Under the pieces are notes generated by a model. That model was not told the origin of the DNA and did not search any database. It saw only the letters and a list, made by a program, of their open reading frames with translations. The position numbers and the translations under genes were made by a program. Shown here piece after piece: positions 35,588 to 48,495 of a DNA stretch of 58,346 nt. Positions within the stretch are counted from its first letter, which is position 1. Every line of letters begins with the position of its first letter. This stretch comes from Elsinoe ampelina (taxonomy: Eukaryota), in contig ML992505.1 of NCBI GenBank assembly GCA_010093995.1, positions 288,921 through 347,266 on the forward strand, read 5' to 3'.

Positions 35588-37834
35588 ATGTCGAAACGTC
35601 CGGGTGCCCTGGATCTTTCTGGGGCCAACAAGGCTCCAGCAAGTATGGTGTCGCCAGGTAGCCGACTTCATTTGGATCTTCCTTCTCCTAGAGTAGGTGA
35701 AGTACCGCCAGCACTGTCGCCGCTGGACGCTTTTGCACAACACTCTCGCATGCTTGCACGGAAATTCGAAGAGTCGCAGAAGAAGGGCAAGAGGATTAGC
35801 AGACTGAACGCTTTGGAGGTTGCGGATGAGATCGGGAAGAGACCGACATATTTCAGGACACCCTCGAATACGTCTCAACATGCATACTTCGGAGACGAGG
35901 AAGAGGATGAACCACTACCTCCACTGCCCAACTTGCCGATCCGGCATCAAACACCTGGAGGTGATCGTCCAATCTCGCACTACCCAATGATGGCTACAGC
36001 AGACGATGATAGCAAGCGCAATACTGTCGCTTCTGACATGTACTATGACGCTACAGATGCGCCAAAGCCCGCAGATAACTACTTCGGCATCCAAGTACCA
36101 CGAGCAGATTCTCCGGAACCGTACGAGCAAAGACAGATGCCTCGTGCCGGAGATGCTTCCCCAATCGTACCCAGTCTCACGGGTAGCATCGATTCTCTCC
36201 ACTCTTCTCAGCCAAGGACAAACACAGATGAATCGACATTCCACAATCGACATGACCGCAGCCTCGCCCCACCAAGTTCTCCTCCGCACCTGACTGGAAA
36301 GAAGAGCTTGATCAGTATAAGGTCGGTCATGGATAGTGCAGATGAGGACCTTGCCCCGCCTCGAAAGTTCTCCGAGAGTAGCCAGATCTCACGGGCAAGG
36401 TCCCCATTCACACCGGATCCTCAGCTTGCATCACGATCTCCATCCATCATGTCGGATCACTCCGCGTACCAGGAAGAATTTCGTCGACCATCGTTCAATT
36501 TCTCTCGGCCACTCAGCAGCTCCGGCAACAAGGACTTCTCCGCCTTCCGGCCACCTCTTTCTCAAGCAAACTCGTTCGACTCAAGGCCTTCTCATGACAT
36601 TCAACGTGAGCGAAGTCCCCTACGGCAGCCTTCGGATTCTTCTACTACTTCCCGTGGCAGCGAAAGGGGACGCGGTCGTTTTAACGGCTACGACGCAAGC
36701 TCACAAAGCGGCGATGAATCGTCATTGGAAGTACCGATGAACGGAAACGGAGCTCCTTCGTATATCTATGCAAAGTACTCACTACCACGTGGTCGTACCA
36801 TTGATCGCAACTCTGTTGCCGGACGCAATTCGTGGGTACATAATCAATTCAAATGGGAGGACGGTGCCAGCGAGGGCGCATCAGTCGGGGAGCCATCTCC
36901 AATATTACCGCAAGATGGGTTCGGCAGGCCTGGCAGACCTTTCAAGCAAGCGCTAGACATTCAAAAAGCACGAAGCCATTCGGCAGATGGCAGAGGTAGT
37001 ACAACTCCAACCAGACCGACGCATCGATCAACGCCCTCCAGTCCATCCATCCACTCTCACAGCACGGACAGGACTATTCGGGCACACACGAAGAATAGTC
37101 CCTCGCAAGAAATTGCGAACATGACTGCCGAGCAGCACCTTGAGAAGGGCATAGAATGTCACAGCAACGGCTCATTGAATAAGAGTACCTACCACCTTCG
37201 GCATGCTGCGAAAGCTGGACACCCTACAGGCATGCTTCTATATGCACTCGCATGCAGACATGGCTGGGGTATGCGTGCCAACCAAGCTGAAGGAATTCAG
37301 TGGTTGAAGAAAGCCGTCGATTCATCCAGTCTGGAGATGATTGAGAACAATGACCAATCACGGGAAGGAGCACAAGCGAACAAGTCACGCAAGGCTCAAT
37401 ACGCCCTAGCAATTTACGAGCTTGGTATGTCATACATGAATGGTTGGGGAACTCCAAAGGACAAAGCACTAGCCGTTCGTTGTTTCGAAATTGCCGGCAA
37501 CTGGGGTGACTGCGATGCCCTAGCGGAGGCTGGCTTCTGCTACACACAGGGCTTGGGAGTCAAGAAGGACCTGAAGAAGGCATCTGCATTTTACAGGCGA
37601 GCAGCTGATTTGGGCATGAGCATGGCTGGTAACAGCTGGTAGGTCTAATCTCAACAAGGGCGCGAGCACTGCTAATGATGTCTCAGGATTTATAAGCAAA
37701 AGTACATGGACGAACCTCTGCCATCTCCAGTCGGGATCAAATCGCCCAACCCTTCCAACAGCGACCGCTCCATGAAAGGCCGCTCACGAGCTCGGTCTCT
37801 GTTTGGCCGTAAGAAGAGCTTCGTCAATGCATGA
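35588..37834 (+). CDS. Sel1-repeat protein, Dsf2/Nif1 (mitosis inhibitor)-like
   Basis: VPPALSPLDAFA near the N-terminus. C-terminal Sel1 repeats HLEKGIECH..STYHLRHAA..GMLLYALACRHGWGM..IYELGMSYMNGWG. Intron 37639-37686 leads into WIYKQKY. Confidence 0.88.
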
Positions 37835-38451
37835 ACAACTCCCCACTACCACGATCACGACTAAACGCACATCAATGAAGACAGATTGCCATGTACGCTA
37901 GCATATCCTTGTATCTTGTCTCATTTGTCCTGGAATTTGGAAGCGCGATACCCACCAAGATATACGTTATCGGTTCAAGAATGGAGGACTTTTGGAGGCG
38001 TCTGAGGCTCTTGGGCGCAAGACTCGGAGTTCAAATGTAGATATTGGGCTTTGAGGCGAAGCTTGATTGATTGATGAATAAATGATATGTAATGCCTCCA
38101 TCTTTCACGGTACACTCAAATCCCTCTGTCAATCTTTTCCCTAGCTGCGTTCGTGCGGCTTTGCGGCAAGATGCGAGATCTCCACAATCGGCGCCAATGC
38201 CATGGGTCTGCTGCGCTAGCCCGGATGTCGGCGGACGTCACCGTTTAGCTGCAGCTGCCTGCGATTCCACTTCGGTGTCTCGGTAAGCACAACAGCGTTT
38301 CTTATCACAACCACACTCCCTTGTGCCATTCGGTCCAGTCACCTCACATCATCTCACCATCAATGCTATCCTGACCAGCGTCGCGACTTCCATCAGCAGT
38401 CCTGCACCCTCCGCTCCCTCCGACCAGGCCTCTAGCGCCCATCTCGACACA

Positions 38452-39753
38452 ATGCCCGCTCTCCCTCCTGACGAGACCGACAATGAAGACTACAACTCCA
38501 CAGCACGCTTCCTAGCGAATCCACCACCGCGTCACTCCTCCATGTCGCCCGCGCAAAAACGCACACCTTCCACCTCCCGCGGCCGCCTCCCCCCATCCGG
38601 CACCAACCCCTCCCTCTTTCCACGCTTCACCACCCCCAGCTCCCGCCAAAACTTCACCTCCCAATGGGGTCCCTCAGGCTCCTCCCTCTCCGCCCGCTGG
38701 CAAAGTACCACCACCTCCTTACGCACTACCACCGAACGTCTCCTCCAACGCTTCACGCCTCTGCAACGCATCCTCCTTCTCCTCGCCGCAATCGTCCTCT
38801 TCATCATCTCCCTCCTCTTCCTCATCTACAACGAGAAAATCTTCGCCGGCCTCGTCCCCCTCGTCAAAACCTGGCGTACCTCTCCCGTCGGCTGGCTGAT
38901 CCTTTGGCTGATGGTGCTGGCAGTCTCCTTCCCGCCCATGATCGGGTACTCGACGTGCTTCACGCTGGGCGGCTTCGTCTTCGGCGTATGGAAGGGATGG
39001 CTCATCGTCGCCTCCGCCACGGTCGTCGGTTCCACAGCCAGTTTCTTGGTGAGCAGGTACTTCATCAAAGACTACGTCACCCGGCTCACGGCGCGGGACA
39101 CACGGTTCAAGGCGCTGAGCCACGTGATTGAAAAAGACGGATTGAAGCTGCTCGTCATGATACGCTTGTGTCCGTTGCCGTATAGTCTCAGTAACGGCGC
39201 CATCTCCACGATACCGTCCGTGACGCCGTTGCAAATGGCGCTCGCGACGGCCGCGGCGAGTCCGAAGCTGATGATTGGGATTTTCATCGGGAGTCGGCTG
39301 GGCGATATCGCGGAGGGAGGGGATAAGATGGATGCGGGGGCTAAGGTGGTGAGTTATATTTCGATCGCGGTGGGGGTGGCCTTGGGGGTGGGCACGGGGT
39401 GGGTCATGTATCAGCGGACGATGAAGAGGGCGGCGGAGCTGCAGGAGGAGGAGAGACGGGCGGGAGGGTCAAGAGGGGTGGGGAGTACGAGAGGGAGCGC
39501 GAGGGGAAGCCGTCGGGATGAAGAGGCGCTGGGGGAGGAGGATTTTGCTTATACCGACGAGGGGACGGATGAGGTGAGGGGCGCGGATGGGATCAGTCTG
39601 CATACCGCCGAGGGAGGGGAGGAGGGGTATAGGGATGTGTTTGATGAGGAGGACGGGGCGGATGCGAGTAGTCTTGATGCGGTGTTTCAGGCGGGGGATG
39701 GCGAGGATAGTGATGCCGAGGGGAAAGGATACAGGGATGAGGAGGATAGATGA
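38452..39753 (+). CDS. TVP38: Golgi membrane protein Tvp38 (SNARE-associated/VTT domain)
   Basis: Multiple TM helices; motifs SFPPMIGYS, GFVFG, LLVMIRLCPLPYSLSNGAIS and SPKLMIGIFIGSRL; acidic tail. Confidence 0.9.
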   Translation: MPALPPDETDNEDYNSTARFLANPPPRHSSMSPAQKRTPSTSRGRLPPSGTNPSLFPRFTTPSSRQNFTSQWGPSGSSLSARWQSTTTSLRTTTERLLQRFTPLQRILLLLAAIVLFIISLLFLIYNEKIFAGLVPLVKTWRTSPVGWLILWLMVLAVSFPPMIGYSTCFTLGGFVFGVWKGWLIVASATVVGSTASFLVSRYFIKDYVTRLTARDTRFKALSHVIEKDGLKLLVMIRLCPLPYSLSNGAISTIPSVTPLQMALATAAASPKLMIGIFIGSRLGDIAEGGDKMDAGAKVVSYISIAVGVALGVGTGWVMYQRTMKRAAELQEEERRAGGSRGVGSTRGSARGSRRDEEALGEEDFAYTDEGTDEVRGADGISLHTAEGGEEGYRDVFDEEDGADASSLDAVFQAGDGEDSDAEGKGYRDEEDR

Positions 39754-40947
39754 TAGAACGGGTAGATTTGGGTATGCATTTTGGATTGGCGGCTCTGGTC
39801 GCTGCTTTGAGTTGGTGTGCCACTTCTGTACCTGCGTCAGTGGCGGTCAAGGACGAGGTTGTCTGTGGCAAACAAATGGTCAAATCATGCTCTTTTACAC
39901 GATACTGCTCATGCGTTCAACGCGGGTCGTGTGGGCTGCCCTCGATGCCACTGGAGACCCACGAGCTCTGACCAGACAATTCCCAAAGCAAGCTGTCCAC
40001 CTGCTTGTACTCGTCGCGTCGCGAGCAACGCCCACCGCTCGTCGAATACGAAGATGAGAGATGTGGCTGATGCGCAGTCACTGGTCGAAATCAACTTGCA
40101 TCCCGGGTGGTCAAAGCTTGAGGCGGAGCTTGAAGCTATGGACCGCACCTTGCCTTTTCTCCTTCCTACATCCCAAGGCAAATACTGTCATTTTGCAAGT
40201 CGTACAGCCCGAAACAGCATTGCGATCTGCATGTGACATCGGTGATACGACGATGCGACAGACGCGTGCGCATCTGCCCTTCCTGTGTCCGGGCTAGCTT
40301 GGTCGATACTTCTATCACCAAAGACGGCGTCCTCACATCAGGCAAGACTGTCAAGCACCGCCGCGCGGCGCAAGCAATACTGCTGTGATGGCTTGGATGA
40401 ATGATCCCTGCTCACTAATGCAGGCAACTTGATCGACGAGGCGCCACTTTAATCATCGTTATATGACACTGACGCACCCCATCAACGAATCTGGCTGCTC
40501 TTGTCCGGGCGGACGTGCTAGGGGAAGCAGAGTAAAGAAACGCTCTGCCACAACTCTCGATTGGCCAAGGTATGTTCTACTGCTCACGTTACCTGTGCCT
40601 GGTGTCCTGGGCACGCCAGATTGTGGAGCATGGAGGCGGAGTTGCTCTCCTTGTGCTATCCTGCAGTCGCACCAGCCGCATTGCCTTTCGTTTCTACAAC
40701 CATTCACATGCCTTTCTTCCTTTGTCCCCTTACCGATCCGACATGCCATGCCTTATATCCTTGCGCTATTCCCCGTCATAATTTCTCTCTTCTTCCCCGG
40801 TCACCACTTGCTTCGGTTGACCCCCCACCATCCCAACTCTGTCTCATTCAACGCCACTAAGGTTACCCTGGCAGCTCCTCAAAGGGGCCCTATCATACTC
40901 AGCTCACCACGCCACATATCGGGCCCTGATCAACAAACTTTTGGCCG

Positions 40948-41874
40948 ATGACGCCTTCTTTGAATCGACACAATTCCACTGGCACGAATTCATCCAGGTA
41001 CAATCGATCACGCCGAGACAGCGCCAACAGTCATGCAGCAGCAAGCTCAGCCTCCGCCATCATAAGTCCAACAGACGTCGACCTCCTCAATAACATTCGT
41101 CAGTACCTACAAGATAATGGTTTCGAGGATGTGGCTGGTATCATGGTCTTCAAGAGAAGATCCATCAACGACCAAGAGGGTCGATCTCGGTCCCACTTCT
41201 TCGGCGCGGGGATCTGCTGCTATTGTAACGTCTCCCGTGGATATGTCGCAAATATGTGCAAGCATCTCAGCGACTGCCCGCTTGCTAATCGTCATCTGGA
41301 CCGACTAGAGTCGAGCAACACTCGTCAAGACCTCGTCCCTGGTCGACCGCGATCGCAGACCGATGTCAGACCCAATAGACCAATACTACCACAGCCGCCG
41401 TCACTGGTGATTCCCGATTTGAGCACTCAAGTCACTACTGGTCGTCGGTTTCCAAGCAATCAGTTGTCGCCACAAGATGCCTTCAACAACGATGCTTCGA
41501 GGAGCTCTTTCCATCGCACTCCCACTGGGACATTTCACTCCGCCCCATCGTCTCAGCTCGGGGATATGTCTGATTACATGCAGGCCACAGACAGCACCCT
41601 CTCGGAAGCACCCATTACTGTGGGGAACCAGGACTATAGCGACGGCATTCCCATGATGAATGACATCGGCTTCATGGCTGGCGGGGATACCTATGAGCAT
41701 TTCATCCAGCCCCAATCAAATCAGGTCATGAGCTTCCTTGATGATGGTGTCACGGAGTCGAGCGCAACACAAGATCTCATGGGGTTGGAACAGCTGGATC
41801 CATCCACAGGCATGTCGCAGTCCGCGTGGGATCAGTGGTGGGCCTCGAACAATCAGTTCCGCGGACAATCATAG
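40948..41874 (+). CDS. C2HC zinc-finger family protein, intronless copy D (308 aa)
   Basis: Single ORF containing LLNNIRQYLQDNGFEDVAGIMVFKRR..RSRSHFFGAGICCYCNVSRGYVANMCKHLSDC (finger at 41215-41277), which aligns with copies A-C. The S/Q/D-rich tail ends in AWDQWW. Confidence 0.8.
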   Translation: MTPSLNRHNSTGTNSSRYNRSRRDSANSHAAASSASAIISPTDVDLLNNIRQYLQDNGFEDVAGIMVFKRRSINDQEGRSRSHFFGAGICCYCNVSRGYVANMCKHLSDCPLANRHLDRLESSNTRQDLVPGRPRSQTDVRPNRPILPQPPSLVIPDLSTQVTTGRRFPSNQLSPQDAFNNDASRSSFHRTPTGTFHSAPSSQLGDMSDYMQATDSTLSEAPITVGNQDYSDGIPMMNDIGFMAGGDTYEHFIQPQSNQVMSFLDDGVTESSATQDLMGLEQLDPSTGMSQSAWDQWWASNNQFRGQS

Positions 41875-42535
41875 GGTGCCACCGACTCCACAGGGCCATT
41901 TGTATGGCTGACTGGGCACGACTTTTCTTTTACTTTCTCGGCGTCTGTTTCTTGTGCTTCTCATGTACGACGCTAGCTGGTCTGGATTGGCTTAGATGGC
42001 ACCGTTCGTTCAATCGTTGTATAGCGCCCATGATCGTACATAGACAAGTCGAGTGCTTGAGGCAGGCATTGTACACTAGATGTTTCAATATTGATACCCA
42101 AACACATGGTTTTCACACCCTCTCTTCCGCAGTCGGACTTCAAATCCCGATGTCCGTACCCTGCTGTCAAGATGCGTCTGCCGTGCATTGCTCAACACGG
42201 TCAATATCTCTTTGATTACATGTACAATCATCGACAATGCTCATTCATAGGGCGCAGATCCCACAGAAACGCTCCCCAATCCCACCGCCCGATAAGTCGT
42301 TGCATATCTCAACTCCGACCCAAACCCCGGCATCACTGCCGACACCCCCGCGCTTTTCCCTTCCGGGCCACTCCAGCCGGCGTCTGTGACCTGGGGACCA
42401 CGCTTCCCAAATCGGACAAGAAATCCTCCCCTCCATCAAAGACAAAGATATACCACCGCGATGCTCCCATAGACCACGATAACGTAGGTACCAATTCCCT
42501 CTGCACCCTCTCCTCTCTCTCTCCCATCCGCAGCC

Positions 42536-43918
42536 ATGCCCACCACCACCACCACCACCACCTCCTCCTACCTCATCCTCGGCGCCGGCGTCTTCGGCGT
42601 CTCCACCGCCCTGACCCTCAAACGCAAATACCCCTCTGCCAGCGTGACGCTCGTGGACCGGGACGCGCACGACGCGCCCACGCGCGTGGCCGCCTCGTGG
42701 GACTGGAACAAAGTCGTGCGCGCCGACTACGACGACATCGTGTACTGCGGGCTGGCGATCGAGGCGCAGGACGTCTTCAAGACGGAAGAGCTGTGGAGGC
42801 CGTACTTCCACGAGACGGGGATCTACTGGGTTTGCCGCGGGGATTACGCGACAAAGGTGATTGATAACTACAAAAGGTTGGGGAGGAAGGCGGATTTGAA
42901 GAAAGTGAGGACCGAGCAGGCCAAGGACATGTTTGGTGGTTTGTTTAGGGATGCGGATTATGAGGGCGTGACCGAGGTGTTGGTCAATCGGACCAGTGGG
43001 TGGGCTGCTGCGGGGGATTGTCTGAGGGCGGTGACGGAGGAGTGTTTGAGGCTGGGGGTGGGGTATTTGGTTAGGGATGTGGGGAGCGTGGCTGTTGATG
43101 GGGAGGGGAGGTGTTATGGGTTGGTGACCAAGGAGGGGGAGACGATCAGGGCGGATAAGGTGGTTTTGTCGACGGGGGCGTTCACGCCGAAGTTGTTGGA
43201 GTGGAGTGCGGCGAAGACGGGGAGGGAGGAGTTGAGTGCTGGGGATAGGATATTGGCGGCGGGGATCACGACGGGGATGACCAAGTTGGACAAGGAGACG
43301 TTGCCGACGTATAAGGATATGCCTGTGGGGATGCAGGGGTATGCTCCCCATGTAGGGCCGTTCATGGGGAGTCTGCCACCGACGCCGGATGGGGAGTTGA
43401 AGTGGTGGGGACGGAACATCTTTACGAATGACCAGGAAGTGTTGCCTGGTCGGGTGGTGTCGGCGCCACCTGCTGCGCCAGATTATGGACAGTGGAACGT
43501 CACGAAGAAGATGCAGCAGGATATTGCGCAGGCGAACCACATCTTCTATGGCAAGAAGACGTCGAATTGGAAGTTTGAGAAGTTCAGGGTCTGCTGGTAA
43601 GTTCTCACGCATCAACAGATATTTGAGCATGTATTGACTTCTTCTAGGGATGCATTCACGACCAGCGGCGACTTTATCATTTCACCACATTCTGGAGCAA
43701 AGGGGCTCTACGTAGCGACATGCGGTAACTTTCATGGCTGGAAATTCTTCCCAGTGATTGGGAAATATGTCACACAGATGTTGGATGGAGAGCTGTCGCC
43801 TGAGCTGGCACAAAAGTGGGCTTGGGATCGTGAGCGGCCATCGCCTGACGACAATCCAGAGTACCCGAGGGCAGAGATGAAGAACTTACTCGATCCAGTA
43901 AGAGAGGCGAGGCTGTAG
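42536..43918 (+). CDS. FAD-dependent oxidase, sarcosine/L-pipecolate/fructosyl-amine oxidase family, peroxisomal
   Basis: Motifs YLILGAGVFGVSTA (GxGxxG), AASWDWNKVVRADY and SGWAAAG. Intron 43597-43647 joins RVCW to DAFTTSGDFII; then GNFHGWKFFPVIG; C-terminal ARL (PTS1). Confidence 0.9.
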
Positions 43919-45603
43919 ATATGGATATGATTGCATATAGCGGGTAATGAATCTTGACCTTACGATCCAGTCAGAATCGGCCCTTTCTTCTTCCCATATC
44001 AACGGCGTCTCGTGCCTTGATTAGCCAGACTTGTGTTCATGCTCTAACCTTAGTACAACGGTTATCTGCAAAGTCGCGACAGCAGATGAGCCTGAATTAC
44101 CTACAGCACTGATGGTCGAAGCAGACTGCAATATCGTTTCCAACATTGTATAGTCTTTTGCTCCCCGCAGCTAAACTGAGACATGCAACAACTTACTGCC
44201 TCGAGATGCCATGGGTATTGGTGGAACTTGCACCACGTCCACGCTATCCTCAAGACCAAGCGCACGACACACTACACGATGCATAACCCACTTACCCATC
44301 TGCCTCTTTCCTCTCCTTCGCCCTCCCCGAACCAATCCACTCGCCGCATACCACCCTCCCAACCTGCACGAGCAACGGCCAGTAGCGGCTCAAACACCGT
44401 AACAAAGGAATTTCGCGCCCTCAAGAAAAGGCAAACGCCTCACACCTGGTCCAGGCTCCTGTCGTCCAAGCGGGAGGATGAACTCACCTCTCTGCCGTCC
44501 CGTCCAAGGAGCCAGTAGTTCCCAATAGGGGACGCGCCGAGCCCTCCCCACATGAGCCACCAACAGATGAGATATCCCGCGTGCGAAACTCAACAGCCGG
44601 AAATAGAACGAGAGCAACGGCCGGCGACAGCGCAGCTGCAGGAATAGCACGAAGCTGCAATGTGACCTCGCATCTGCATTTCTGTCGGCGCATGGCTGCT
44701 TACCCCTCCCCGGTAGCGTAGTAGAGCGCAACACAAGCCCGAATGCATCGCTGACAGGCCCGCCTCCGCATCTCCAGATCGAAGATAGTGGCTTGCCCGG
44801 TCCCTCGGCCCCTTTGGAGAGATATTCAGGCACCTGCAGTCCAGGCACAAAGCCAAACCAACGCCCCGCCTGATAACAACCAAAAAAAAAAAAGGCAAAT
44901 GATCAGATCGACAACGCATGCCCATCTCTCTCGAACGGACAGGCCCGAGGCGCCGCCGAAGGGAGCAAAAGATGACGCCAAGACTCTACTGCAGCCAAGC
45001 CACTGCCGCCGGAGGATTTGCGCCAATCAGCTGTTCAGGCCCCGCATGTGGGCCGGTGAGATCACGTGATGGATTTCGATCTCGCGTCGAGAAGCGAGGC
45101 TCTAGCGAAGGTGGAGCGAGAGATTTGTCTCACGTCGCGGGCTTGGCCTGGGTAGTCGCAGGTTGTTTTTGCTTCATGCTAGGCTCGGGCGGTAGAGTAG
45201 TGGGAGGTTTTGTTTTTGGCCGTGGGATGGCTGTTTTGGGACCAGGGGACATGCGGGTTCGGTAAGCATGTCGGTTTGGGGGAGGGTGTAGCGAGTGCAG
45301 GGGTGAGATGGTGGCTTGGCGGGCGAGTTGCAGGGCGAAGGGGCGCGGTATGGAGCTTTGTTTGGTGAATGGACGGAGGGAGAGATCGAGATTGTTGACT
45401 GTGCGTGACACGGGCGAGGTTGGTGAGCGGGGATGGTGGCTTGATAGACTGAGGTAGGTGAGAGGCCAAAGATAGGTTGGCGGTAGTGAGGAGAGCGTGA
45501 AGAGAGCCAGGCCGTGGTATAAGTATCTCGTCGATGGCCGGGGATTGATGTTGTCTTTCCAGATCAGAACACCAGCTCCAAGATCCAGCAAGACATAGCA
45601 ACC

Positions 45604-45997
45604 ATGAAGTTCATCCTCGCAGCCGTCCTCGCCTTCACTGCCGCCCCGGCTCTCGGTGCCACCCTTGAGGCACGCTCTGTGCTCAACGGACCTTGCTCCG
45701 TGCCCAACAGCAACTTCCCTAACGGTCTTTCTGGTATGTAATGGCAGGTTGATGGTCGACTTGCATCTCATGTTCTTCGTAGGCACTTGCATCACCACGA
45801 CCGCCTGTGCCAATGGTGGAGGCACCTCGCAGCGTGGCTACTGCCCTGGAACGCCAGACAATGTGCGATGCTGCTACAAGGCCGACTGCAGCGGCAGCAG
45901 GTCAGCTTGCCTGTGGACAACCGATGGGTCTTGCAAGGGCCGTTTCCTCACCAACCTCTGCCCTGGCCCGACCAATTTCAAGTGCTGTGTTGTATGA
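45604..45997 (+). CDS. Small secreted cysteine-rich protein (12 Cys, two tandem 6-Cys repeats)
   Basis: Signal peptide MKFILAAVLAFTAAPALG and propeptide-like LEAR; intron 45734-45782. Mature part GPC..GTCITTTAC..GYCPGTPDNVRCC / DC..ACLW..SC..NLCPGPTNFKCC. TATA-like TATAAGTA near 45518. Confidence 0.88.
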
Positions 45998-46967
45998 GTG
46001 AGACGGTGGTGCGGCTGGTGTTTCGAGTGGTGCGGTGTTGAGGATAGCTGGGGGTTCTCTTCATAGTCTGGTGGGGGTTTATTGCTCTTTGCGTGCTTGG
46101 TTTGAAGAACTATGATGACACAGAATCAAGGAAATAAGAATGTCAAATACCATACCATGCTTCTTAAATTGTGAATCAACGATGCCAAAGCGATGAACGA
46201 GAGCCATACAGATACTGCGGATGGTCTGCCTGCCGGCCAATCTTGGAAAAATGGGTAGGTGTTCCTCATCGCTCGAGTCGTTCAGGTGGAAGTCAAAGCA
46301 TACTCTCAAGCAATGGAGCCAGCAAGAGGCCTCAGTCTCGCGAATATTCCCAAGCTGCGTCAAACACCACTTGCCAATCGCCGACAAATGCAGGAGACAG
46401 AAACATACTTATATGATTTCCAGGGATGTCGTGCGGTGCCCCGTCGATGAGGAGGATGCAGCACGTCATGACCTGGCGGAATTGTCAAGACTGTCAAGGG
46501 ATCATTGGCCCGCGGTGAATCGGATGCATACGCATCTTCAAGAATCAAGACTGCTGGCTGTGAACAAATAAGTCCAATGGATTGCCAAAGGGATGAGTAC
46601 TGGGACATGCGAGGGAAATATATTGATCTTCACCTAATTTAATAGATCGTTCTCAGACCCCTTCCGCGGTCGATGACACGATCGTGACGATCTTGGGCGC
46701 AGCACAACGTACCAAGGGACTCATAATATTTGAGCCTCAGCCTTGACGGTCTTTGCGGCTCGATGTACCACTTGTCTGGACCATGGTATTGTACGCACGA
46801 GCTCTGTTAAGCCGAATCACAGCTACGGCGCAGCTCTCCGTGCAAGGTCAATTCGTTGATGCCTGTTTCAAGGCATTGATTCAGGCGTGCCAGGGTACCA
46901 GATAAGTACAGTCGTCGTTGCACGAAGCCAAAACTACTCAACCTCTCGCTGTTTTCCACAAGCAACT

Positions 46968-47845
46968 ATGAGGGCCTCAATCGCTTTGACGTGGTCATGG
47001 AATGACACCGAAGGCGAACGACAGCTATCGTTGCCAACACAGAGACAGGATCAGTCTGATAGAGTCCAGACACAAAACATCGACCTCGACCCATACCCGC
47101 ATCTATCCTTTATCAAACATCCTCTTCTTTTCTATCGTCTCTACTTCGTCGTCGCAACGATTCCAATTTTCGCAATCGCCATCTTCTGCCAGGAACGATA
47201 TTTTGAAGGATTGTGGGTACCGGCTTTGTATGGCTCCGCTGTGTCAACACTTGTGGCAGTCTTTGATCTGGCCAGCTTCAAGTCGTCCAACTTTGTGAAG
47301 CCTAGGATTCAGCTCGGGGATGACGGCGTAGACGCGCGCCCGTTGTGGGCACCCAAGTTGCGATTCTTTGTCGCTGATGTATTATTGATGTTATATCATC
47401 TCCTTTTCGCCATCTTCTATGGTTTCAACCCTACCAACGAATATACCTGGGCGCCAGGGACCGAATACGTGATTAGAATTGTTGGAGCCTTGATGCTCAT
47501 TGCCTGGTAGCATTACCTTGTATGGTTGATCTTAGCTTGTCACTGACTTTGACCAGCATCCTGCACGTTGTCTCCGCGATGAAAGAGTCGGACGCTCGAG
47601 AGCAAGTACAGAGGTCGTCTCGCGCGAAGACAGGTCACTTTGCGCAAGAGGAAGTTGAACAAAGCATGGCTGACCAACCAGCGACGCAAGCAGGACCCGA
47701 GGCCTCAGCAGGCAGCTCTGCATCAGCTATGGAGCAAGGTCTGATGGAATCTGGAGATGACAGAACGTACGGGACTGTGGCTGGTGAAGATGTTGACAAG
47801 GGCAAGACGAAGCAGCTTGTCGATGTGGACGAGGAAGAGACTTGA
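46968..47845 (+). CDS. Hypothetical membrane protein (about 4 TM segments)
   Basis: ORF 46968-47506 joins ORF 47557-47845 in frame through intron 47507-47556 (GTAGCA..CTGAC..CAG). Four hydrophobic stretches and an acidic tail. Confidence 0.65.
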
Positions 47846-48495
47846 CTTGGTAGGGAGGTCGGCTAGAGTCTGCCAGTTAGCATCGAAACATGTATACAGA
47901 CGATATGTGTCAGCTCCGATGTTCGGCCTCGCTCTTTTGACTTTGATGACTGACCGGTAACGGCAATGCCAAATCGTGAGGCTCTGATGAATCAGGAACA
48001 TGTGAAGATGGGGGATAAAGTCGGAGGGCCACTTCCGATCTCTCCCGACGGGTAGATGAATTGTCACATGCGAAGTTCCTCGGCAGTCGAGCTCCCATTT
48101 CCCCATGTTTTGGCCCGTCTGGGACGATTCTGGGAGCTGCTCGGGCCAAGGGGTGTGTCTCTTCACGCCTGCGTCACTCCAGCTCAAACTCACAGAGCCG
48201 TTCAGAGCCTCGGTGCACGTTTGACCCTGTCCCTAACAGGATCGAGGATGGCTCATGGCCGAGGTGTCCCGCACTCATCTACCTTTTCATATTAGTAGGT
48301 CATCTGTGCCATCATCTCAATCGCTGTCATACATCTCATCCCTAGCCCCGCCTACCTGTGACTAGCCATCTCCGCTCTACCACACATTGCATCACCACTG
48401 CACCGTTGCAGCTCTAGCACTACAGGGTTGACTACTTCAATCTGGCCGAACGACTGAAGCAGGTTCTCAACCAAGTCACGAGCATACTTCCAACA

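Noticed and set aside
42245..43630. 461-aa minus-strand ORF
   Set aside because: Antisense shadow of the codon-biased FAD oxidase gene.
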